The notes under the pieces: model-generated
What the model was told of the DNA's origin: nothing
What the model saw: only the letters and a program-made list of their open reading frames with translations
Database searches by the model: none
Translations under genes and position numbers: made by a program
In this document: piece by piece, positions 58,001-64,000 of the stretch
Layout: the number at the start of each line of letters is the position of its first letter
Position numbering within the stretch: position 1 is the first letter of the stretch
DNA from: a virus
Virus record (IMG/VR): IMGVR_UViG_3300030333_008372
Location: 7,777-71,776 of that record
Length of the DNA stretch: 64,000 nucleotides
Reading direction: 5' to 3' (one strand)

Positions 58001-59157
58001 TATTGAATGGTATTATTTCAGAAATAAACAAAACAATATTAAAGTTAGATCCGATAATAAAAGAGATTGGAGATAATGAAAGCACTACTTTTGCAGAAAT
58101 TCAAATAGGTTTGAATCAGGATATTTCAGCCTTAAACACCTCAATAAATTTAATTTTTGGAGAAGATCAAAATGGCATGGATGATTTTCTAGAGATCTTG
58201 AGATACGAAGCAATGAGATATAAATTACAAGATTCCTATTTCAAAATCACCGGGATGTTTTCTACTAATAAAAGATCAGCCAGAATGCAAGTTGTTTCAG
58301 AGCCATTTATTAAAGTTGTTGAAACTCCCGTTTACGGAGAAAATATTAGTGTTGTTGATGACGCACCTTTGCCACCAAGTGTTAATTTCTATTCTTATTT
58401 TAAAAATGAAAATAGATTGCTTATCTCTCTTGACAACACGGTTGGTGAAGAAATCGCTGAACAAATTTTGTTGCCCGGAGATGATGAAGTAGCCGCAGAA
58501 AAAATCAGAAGAAAACAAGATAGAGATTATGTTGTTTCACAGATTGATGGTGCAGACCCTGAAAATATAGACTATGTAAATAAGAAAGTAAGATTTAAGG
58601 CAGATGATTATGCATTGGGTTTTCAAGTATTCCGAAAAACGAGAAAACCCAAAAATTTACTCGATTATGATGGTGGAGACTTATTATTCACAATTGATGC
58701 GCTGAAAGGACCCTCCTTTATTGATTCTATCGTTCCAAATACTAAGTATTATTATTGCTTTAGGGCAATTGATAAGCATGGTCACCCTTCGAATCCAACT
58801 CCAACTTATGAAATAGAATTGGTTTCTGATGGAGGTGCAACTTTCCTTTTAATTGAAGTTGTTGATTTTTCCGAAAAAGATAAAGGAATAAACTACAAAA
58901 GCTTTAAAAGATACATGCAAATCGACCCTGCATTTTTGCAAACTTTGATAAATCAAGACAAGAGTGTTTTTGGTGATTTTTCATCTGCTTTTGGCACTGA
59001 GCCTTATTTGGGGGTTTTAGAAGATTCAATATTTGATGAGAAAAAGAAATTTAAAATCAGAGTTACCTCTAGGGCAACAGGTAAAAAGTTGGACTTTAAC
59101 GTTAGATTTAGAAAGGCTTTAGATCAAACAATAAAAACACCACCTGTAATATTATAG
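55015..59157 (+). CDS. Large (1380 aa) putative virion protein with FN3-like segments
   Basis: YVDTQVKYGVDYEYRIYAY and FIDSIVPNTKYYYCFRAIDKHGHPS. Confidence 0.65.
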   Translation: MSVRTPYVPSLLRDKRNHFLSKYHLIIQDRNWFNGDTEDIKSLDPFRGKIRHIWTKVSDGSGSKAFGWDPPSSISLALPISVTNQPLGGFGSNLQIRFANLSGPVYNGHNLYRQSFVETIDLFCETSATLADRAIKTLLLTLFLPSSFRKAESFSEYDNNSAVELFAVSGPGADTQLLVNSSGIVQWNHVENAEKTVNEFMFRMLRRVFFPLSYSSTSTSRFKHHHTPLRVDSKESKAGDNFHSVGSYWDDVYSIDRFVSTQAIETVASLEDKGNFSGVYFADVDPVYNFLVTNYENTLLNEDVTHTKIPNIYNELEKLNGPLGMDGTSNPDEFLEGVLTGEKIANVWWSNYFKTYENMLGKGTLSKVRDKFKHIYVKPQGHYSNQSIDEYKELFPMYNDISFRSHSGNSKFMSALRSAGAVEDLWKDIIIAVFGHHEPKAIKKDIEVYAGELSDYSPYSTSDPHSLDTSLVTNSIRGTTDFKFPAGAEKLFFDCERNQNNSSAPSNFVHSQVAVFNFDHWFQNYPNTRTQAQLAEFDTKATMFVSSDSGKEAKSKNPLVTLLQGVTQKAELAPKITQLARTLVRSYKDILSGKHAYSEVLFYRIQKRQGNNTLQNFWLENTPGIDVLKYVDTQVKYGVDYEYRIYAYTLVVGTKYRYAANELAENGEKIPFLLDKSELGTGEYKYYNGETFRNGAPKFYLSKYVFDHQKAANGNNPLNNGEKFGSGVAAGYFKNPEPIHDIYESTGGDFSEEDSFDDLGTNIRTMRLFKDYSFKYPDTIGLIYELYQEELAKVPGIRAQMEEKNLTQNEVATIRGQLGMFIRLQLEKHALTLLKSLNGFEPWINDLVYDDESEQRKKLIVWEYNNLIEFTDIGNLYALYMGITSENPINILSVFQMLEGGFEGYDTPELQQSISSLKDIIKDLQMIVQKFDAQRQILEKYMTVGMEVEGNEFKQEKMSVKGYNVDPDNVFATPMTPSDINIISEAIPLRNTQIGILNGIISEINKTILKLDPIIKEIGDNESTTFAEIQIGLNQDISALNTSINLIFGEDQNGMDDFLEILRYEAMRYKLQDSYFKITGMFSTNKRSARMQVVSEPFIKVVETPVYGENISVVDDAPLPPSVNFYSYFKNENRLLISLDNTVGEEIAEQILLPGDDEVAAEKIRRKQDRDYVVSQIDGADPENIDYVNKKVRFKADDYALGFQVFRKTRKPKNLLDYDGGDLLFTIDALKGPSFIDSIVPNTKYYYCFRAIDKHGHPSNPTPTYEIELVSDGGATFLLIEVVDFSEKDKGINYKSFKRYMQIDPAFLQTLINQDKSVFGDFSSAFGTEPYLGVLEDSIFDEKKKFKIRVTSRATGKKLDFNVRFRKALDQTIKTPPVIL

Positions 59158-59178
59158 AGGACTATATTAAAACAAGGC

Positions 59179-59203
59179 ACTATTTAGTGTATGATACTAA
59201 TTA
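59179..59203 (+). promoter_or_regulatory. Tandem putative late promoters ACTATTTA and ACTAATTA
   Basis: Two motif copies in one intergenic gap, upstream of an AAGGAG Shine-Dalgarno. Confidence 0.55.
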
Positions 59204-59224
59204 TAAGGCGAAAGGAGAGTTTAA

Positions 59225-60208
59225 ATGGCTTTTTTAGATAACAGCGGCGATATCATTTTAGATGCCGTATTGACAGATTCAGGTAGATTTAGGTTAGCAA
59301 AGGGAGACGGCTCTTTTAAAATTGTAAAATACTCCTTTGCTGATGATGAGATTGATTATAATAAATACAACAAAGATCATTTAAGTGGTTCCGCATATTA
59401 CGATTTGGATATCTTAAAGACACCTGTTATGGAAGCCTTTACCAATAATACTTCTAACATGAAGCACAAACTACTCTCTATTCCAAGAACAAATTTATTG
59501 TACCTGCCAGTTATGAACCTTAACGACTCAAACGGTACAAGTGGCTTTGAGATCAATCGAAGGTCAGACCAAGCAAAAAACCATTTTATAGTTTTGGTAG
59601 ATGAAAACACAGAAGACAAGATATTGAACGTTGGGGCTGGAAAGGTTGAAGATGACGCAGCAAGAGGATTTATAAAAGGATTTGATCCAAAAACTAGAAA
59701 CCAAGCAATCACTATTGATCAAGGGCTAAATACCAATGCTATTAGTTTTACTTTTGCCCTAGACCCAGATTTAGTAGAAAATAGATATATTATTGAAATA
59801 GATAATAGGCTGGGAGCAATAACTGACAGTAATAATGCAATTCAGAGTCCTAATTTTATTGACGATGATAATATTGCTAGCTATACAGTTACACTGGGAT
59901 CCAACCCCGATATGGTTTCGCCCATTGGCAATGGCGAGGGGGATTCTTTGATTCTAGGACCTAGAGGATCAAGACTCAAGTTTTCTATCCGGGCTTCAAT
60001 TGAATTAAACTCTAGCACCTTCTTATTTACAAAATTAGGCACAAGTAGTAAAAATTTTCTGGCAGCAGACAAGAGTACGACGTTTGGAATAACCGGTGGC
60101 GGCGGCGGAACTGTGCATAGCATTGATACAATTGTAAAGGTTACTGGTGGCTCAACTGGTAGAAGTATCGATATTCCGATTAGATTTCTCAAATTAACAG
60201 GGGTCTAA
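59225..60208 (+). CDS. Putative baseplate/tail-fibre attachment protein
   Basis: N-terminal LDAVLTDSGRFRLAKG...IVKYSFADDEIDY resembling tail-collar/fibre N-termini. Confidence 0.6.
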   Translation: MAFLDNSGDIILDAVLTDSGRFRLAKGDGSFKIVKYSFADDEIDYNKYNKDHLSGSAYYDLDILKTPVMEAFTNNTSNMKHKLLSIPRTNLLYLPVMNLNDSNGTSGFEINRRSDQAKNHFIVLVDENTEDKILNVGAGKVEDDAARGFIKGFDPKTRNQAITIDQGLNTNAISFTFALDPDLVENRYIIEIDNRLGAITDSNNAIQSPNFIDDDNIASYTVTLGSNPDMVSPIGNGEGDSLILGPRGSRLKFSIRASIELNSSTFLFTKLGTSSKNFLAADKSTTFGITGGGGGTVHSIDTIVKVTGGSTGRSIDIPIRFLKLTGV

Positions 60209-60239
60209 AAATTACAAGATGACGGTTTAGGAGAACAAG

Positions 60240-61490
60240 ATGGCATCAACTTTTAAGAATTTTTTAAACAATGATATTGCTTCAACAAGGACGTTGTTGC
60301 ATGAAGCAATTCCAATTACAGGCTCGATTGTCTCGGGAACTTATCGTGAAACCTCCGGAGGATCAGACGATAACGAAACAAATATTAAAAACTATACCCA
60401 TGGACAATTTCAATCTGTTTTTGATTATCCACACTTAAGTTCTTCTGCGAATCACATTTTTGATATTACCATGGGATATTCAGACATATCACCTTTATCG
60501 GGTGCCGGAAACATTCAAAATGCTGAAAAGATTAATATGTATAATCAGATGTCACAAGTTTTGGTTGGTGCAGATGTCAGCGGTAATGTCAGACTGTTCG
60601 ACAGAAATGGACGCCCATCGGATCATCAACAACCGGCAACCAGAAAAATGGACTCCGTTTTCTTTTTGAATTTTGCGAGACTTCTTACAAAAGACGAAAT
60701 CAAAAAAGGATCCTTCAGCATCGATTTATATACTGGATCACTCGAAGACTTCGACGCATATAACAAGAACCTCACAAGAGTTGGCAACACTGATGGAGGT
60801 CACTTAACACTTCAGGACCACGGCGCAGCCACAAATTTTAAAGTCAACTCCCCAGCCGGTGAATATGGCTTGCTTTATTCTTCATCTGGTGATCAAGCAG
60901 GCGGTGATGATAATAAAGCACTTGGTCTTTTATATTACCAAGCAGGTATTGCTGTGATTACATCTTCTATTTTTAGAAGCCCTGATGAGTATGACACACC
61001 ATTTGGTGATGCGAGTCTTTTTAATGGAAAAAAAGCAGTTGATGGTCCTAATGGTGCGGCGTTTCCAAATGCTGCTTCGCTTGTTGTAGATAAGTTGGGT
61101 CCGTTTGGTATGGTGCCAAACAGCACACTAGATGATAGAACCGGCTCTGTTGAGGCTTGTTTTGTATCAGCTTCTATCTCGGCATCTTGTGGTGGATTTA
61201 GAAATGCAATTCATGAAATTTCTTTTAATAACACAACAGAGTTGAATTCAACAATCTATTTCTGTCGTGCAAGCCACAATGAATACAATTATAGCTCAAA
61301 CCCTACATATGTTGATGAAAACAGTAAGATTAGAGTTAAAGAAACTTCTTTTGACGAGCCTGTGACTTATATTACATCTATTGGTTTATATTCCGCTGAT
61401 AATGAACTTTTGGCTGTTGCAAAACTTTCAGAACCAATCAAAAAGACACCAGAGAATGAATTGACTTTCCGTGTTAGATTGGATTACTGA
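60240..61490 (+). CDS. Putative baseplate/tail-associated protein
   Basis: C-terminal TYITSIGLYSADNELLAVAKLSEPIKK...RLDY; paralog of the next gene. Confidence 0.65.
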   Translation: MASTFKNFLNNDIASTRTLLHEAIPITGSIVSGTYRETSGGSDDNETNIKNYTHGQFQSVFDYPHLSSSANHIFDITMGYSDISPLSGAGNIQNAEKINMYNQMSQVLVGADVSGNVRLFDRNGRPSDHQQPATRKMDSVFFLNFARLLTKDEIKKGSFSIDLYTGSLEDFDAYNKNLTRVGNTDGGHLTLQDHGAATNFKVNSPAGEYGLLYSSSGDQAGGDDNKALGLLYYQAGIAVITSSIFRSPDEYDTPFGDASLFNGKKAVDGPNGAAFPNAASLVVDKLGPFGMVPNSTLDDRTGSVEACFVSASISASCGGFRNAIHEISFNNTTELNSTIYFCRASHNEYNYSSNPTYVDENSKIRVKETSFDEPVTYITSIGLYSADNELLAVAKLSEPIKKTPENELTFRVRLDY

Positions 61491-61491
61491 T

Positions 61492-61499
61492 ACTAATTA
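61492..61499 (+). promoter_or_regulatory. Putative late promoter ACTAATTA
   Basis: Recurrent motif in a 27-nt intergenic gap. Confidence 0.45.
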
Positions 61500-61517
61500 C
61501 AACACGGGGTTAACTAT

Positions 61518-62765
61518 ATGTCTTATTATGAATTTAAAAGAAATGATATAATTTATAACGAAATTCATACTAACCCAAAAGTTCGTTTCTTTATTTATGA
61601 TAATCAAGTTTATTATAATAATGAAAAATACATACATAATACGGTTAGCTCATCTTTGGATCTCAAACATGTGCCCCGTGGTTATATAAGTCTTTATGAA
61701 TTAAATGTTAATAGACTAGATCAGCACCATTTTATATACCCCTTTATCACAAAGCAAGGTAGCCTAACTGCTTTCAAGACAATATCAACAAAGTCCCACA
61801 ATTCAGATTTTCAATTCGGTGATGTTTTAAAAGGCAGCTATCCAATGTCTGCTAGTATTACAAGAGATTATTATGCACAGGGGCATGTTAGCGCCTCCTT
61901 CCTGCATGACAATGATGCAGGAGCCTCCAATAGAATACTTACATTGCAAAATACCTTAAATTCGTACACTTATTTAAGTTCTGAATATGCATATTCTGCA
62001 TCTTTCTCTGGAAAAACTCAAAATCCATCATCTACTGATGATATAGGTTGGGATAAAGGTCAGCAAGAATTAGGTCTCATAAGTATTCCATCAATTTTCT
62101 ATGGCTCTTCTTTGGAAAAAGGGTCGATGGAATTAAAGTTTTATCAAACAGGAACACTCATTGGGACCTTACGTGATGACAACAGGAATGGAGATCTTAT
62201 ACAAGTAGGGCCTACTGGCTCTAATGGCTCCGGATCCGTAGCGGGTTCTGTCTTATACAATGAAGGTTTTATTATTTTAACTGGATCTTGGGATATTGCA
62301 AATGGCGAAAACACAGGTCCCTATATTGGTTCAGGGCAAGAAAACCCCCCCAGATGGATTGATTTTGGCGTCGGAGCCAATGATGGAACAGGTCATTCGA
62401 TTAGCGGCTCTTCTTTTGAATTAAATTTTAACGGTGTCAGTAAAATACCAACTATGACCATGTTTGCAAGAGCGCCAAAAGTAGAACTGAATCATTCTAA
62501 CAACCCATCTTATTTAGAGATAAACCAGTCAATAATTACTGTTAGTAGCTCACAGTCATACATTGAAAATAAAAATCTAGCAATTAAAAATGTTGTTAGC
62601 GGCGCTTTTTCTGACCATACGGGATCTTTTCAAAAAGAGACCTACATATCACAAATTGGCATATATGATGAAGACAGGAATCTTATTGCTATTGCCAAAC
62701 TAGCTACCCCTGTAAAGAAAACAGAAGAAAGAGATTACACTTTTAAGTTGAAATACGATTTCTAG
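61518..62765 (+). CDS. Putative baseplate/tail-associated protein
   Basis: C-terminal TYISQIGIYDEDRNLIAIAKLATPVKK...KYDF; paralog of 60240-61490. Confidence 0.65.
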   Translation: MSYYEFKRNDIIYNEIHTNPKVRFFIYDNQVYYNNEKYIHNTVSSSLDLKHVPRGYISLYELNVNRLDQHHFIYPFITKQGSLTAFKTISTKSHNSDFQFGDVLKGSYPMSASITRDYYAQGHVSASFLHDNDAGASNRILTLQNTLNSYTYLSSEYAYSASFSGKTQNPSSTDDIGWDKGQQELGLISIPSIFYGSSLEKGSMELKFYQTGTLIGTLRDDNRNGDLIQVGPTGSNGSGSVAGSVLYNEGFIILTGSWDIANGENTGPYIGSGQENPPRWIDFGVGANDGTGHSISGSSFELNFNGVSKIPTMTMFARAPKVELNHSNNPSYLEINQSIITVSSSQSYIENKNLAIKNVVSGAFSDHTGSFQKETYISQIGIYDEDRNLIAIAKLATPVKKTEERDYTFKLKYDF

Positions 62766-62776
62766 TATGTTACAAT
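62748..62776 (+). promoter_or_regulatory. Sigma70-type promoter with extended -10, upstream of the resolvase-primase genes
   Basis: TTGAAA-N17-TACAAT with TGn extension; ATG follows 6 nt later. Confidence 0.6.
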
Positions 62777-62782
62777 CCTATT

Positions 62783-63316
62783 ATGATTTTAGGACTAGAC
62801 ATATCAACAAGCATCATTGGTGCCACCGTTATATCCCAAGAAGGCGAGATACTCTCCACATTTGCTTTGGATATGAGAAACAAAAACCACTTCCCAGATA
62901 ATTTCACCAAATACAACCATATTCAAGGCGAACTGCTTGATATCGAGCGAGAGTATAATATAAAGTATATCTTTATCGAACAATCACTTCAAATGTTCCG
63001 ATCTGGATTTTCGTCAGCAAAGACGCTCTCAACGCTTTCATCTTTTAATGGTGTTGCAACTTACCTTTGTTACAGAGAACTAGGCATCAAGCCAGAGCAC
63101 ATTTCTGCTTCTTCTGCACGTAAAGCTTGTGGGATTAAGATACCCAAGGGCACAAAAGCAAAAGAAGAGGTTGTTAGATATCTACTTGAAAACGAGAGCA
63201 AGTTTGAGGTAGAATATACAAAAGCGGGAAATCTTAAACCAAAATACTACGACATAGCAGATAGTATTGTGATAGCAAAAGCAGGTTGCGAACTTGTCAA
63301 ACAGCGAAAAAACTAA
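62783..63316 (+). CDS. RuvC-like Holliday junction resolvase (RNase H fold)
   Basis: MILGLDISTS, IFIEQ, ARKACG, KAKEEV, YDIADSIVIA. Confidence 0.82.
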   Translation: MILGLDISTSIIGATVISQEGEILSTFALDMRNKNHFPDNFTKYNHIQGELLDIEREYNIKYIFIEQSLQMFRSGFSSAKTLSTLSSFNGVATYLCYRELGIKPEHISASSARKACGIKIPKGTKAKEEVVRYLLENESKFEVEYTKAGNLKPKYYDIADSIVIAKAGCELVKQRKN

Positions 63317-64000
63317 AATTGTAGAAGAGATACTTGGAAAGTATTACAACTCTGGCGATGAGATGCTTTTTCATTGCCCTCGCTGTAATCACCATAAACC
63401 CAAGATGTCCGTCAATATCGACAAGGACGTGTTTAAGTGCTGGGTATGCGACTACTCGGGGACAAGTATCTATCGCCTCGTTCGTAAGTATGGTAATTAC
63501 GACCAGAGAAACCTTTGGCGAGAGCTATCAGGTATTGTCCAGCTTTCTAACTTTGAAGAAAAGATTAAATCTTTGTTTGAGGGCGTAGAGGACACAGAAG
63601 AAATTTACAGGACATCTTTACCAGAGAGTTTTGTATCCTTAACCAGCAAAAATCTTTCACGCTCTGCACAAATTGCAAAGAGATATCTTCTCCGCAGAGG
63701 CATTACAGAAGAAGACATCTTATATTGGAAGATTGGATATTGTAGCAAGGGTGAGTTTGAAGGTAGGATTGTTATACCATCCTTTGATAAAGAGGGATAT
63801 ATCAACTATTTTGTGGGAAGAACGTATAGAGATCACTGGAAAAAGTATCTAAATCCAAATATTCCCAAGAATAACATCGTTTTTAACCATTTATACCTTG
63901 ATTTCGACGAAGACCTTATCATTACGGAGGGTATCTTTGATGCGATAAAAGCAGGTCGCAATTCTGTCCCTATTCTTGGATCGTCCTTAAAAGAAGGTTC
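63294..64000 (+). CDS. dnaG: DNA primase (DnaG-type), 3'-truncated; missing from the ORF track
   Basis: Hand translation from TTG 63294: MSNSEKTKIVEEILGK...FHCPRCNHH...FKCWVC (Zn finger), YLLRRGI, GRIVIP, YFVGR, KYLNP, TOPRIM IITEGIFDAI; no stop before the window end. Confidence 0.9.
   Translation, partial: MSNSEKTKIVEEILGKYYNSGDEMLFHCPRCNHHKPKMSVNIDKDVFKCWVCDYSGTSIYRLVRKYGNYDQRNLWRELSGIVQLSNFEEKIKSLFEGVEDTEEIYRTSLPESFVSLTSKNLSRSAQIAKRYLLRRGITEEDILYWKIGYCSKGEFEGRIVIPSFDKEGYINYFVGRTYRDHWKKYLNPNIPKNNIVFNHLYLDFDEDLIITEGIFDAIKAGRNSVPILGSSLKEG

Noticed and set aside
63334-63588. 84-aa plus-strand ORF in the track
   Set aside because: Out-of-frame overlap with the primase, which has clear Zn-finger and TOPRIM motifs

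Overview
The window is a gene-dense, AT-rich segment, almost entirely on the + strand, of a large (probably jumbo) contractile-tailed dsDNA phage. From left to right: (1) 1-8.3 kb, an accessory region with a truncated FtsZ/tubulin-like GTPase, TylF methyltransferase, a membrane-anchored CxxCH cytochrome-c-like protein, ClpP, two cytidylyltransferases, a lipoprotein serine protease, PIN-PhoH, a HEXXH protein, a Cas4-like nuclease and three tRNAs (Arg-UCU, Leu-UAA, Ile2-CAU). (2) 8.3-22.8 kb, a glycan island with three GT4 domains, NeuB, NeuA, a HAD phosphatase, three Maf/sialyltransferase-like domains, dioxygenases, methyltransferases and a pyruvyl transferase. (3) A phage sigma factor followed by about 38 kb of baseplate/tail genes: split gp5 with an M15 peptidase, gp25, gp6, and a 4063-aa LamG protein with seven inserted Ser/Thr-rich modules. 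(4) A RuvC-like resolvase and a primase cut by the window end. The best candidate for an undescribed system is a phage-encoded nonulosonic-acid (sialic-acid-like, possibly Kdn) protein glycosylation pathway that may decorate the virion; a subset of the structural proteins is strongly enriched in an [S/T]-[G/A]-S tripeptide that could be its sequon. A recurrent ACTA(A/T/C)TTA motif looks like the late promoter. All calls come from motif reading by eye; no database searches were run.
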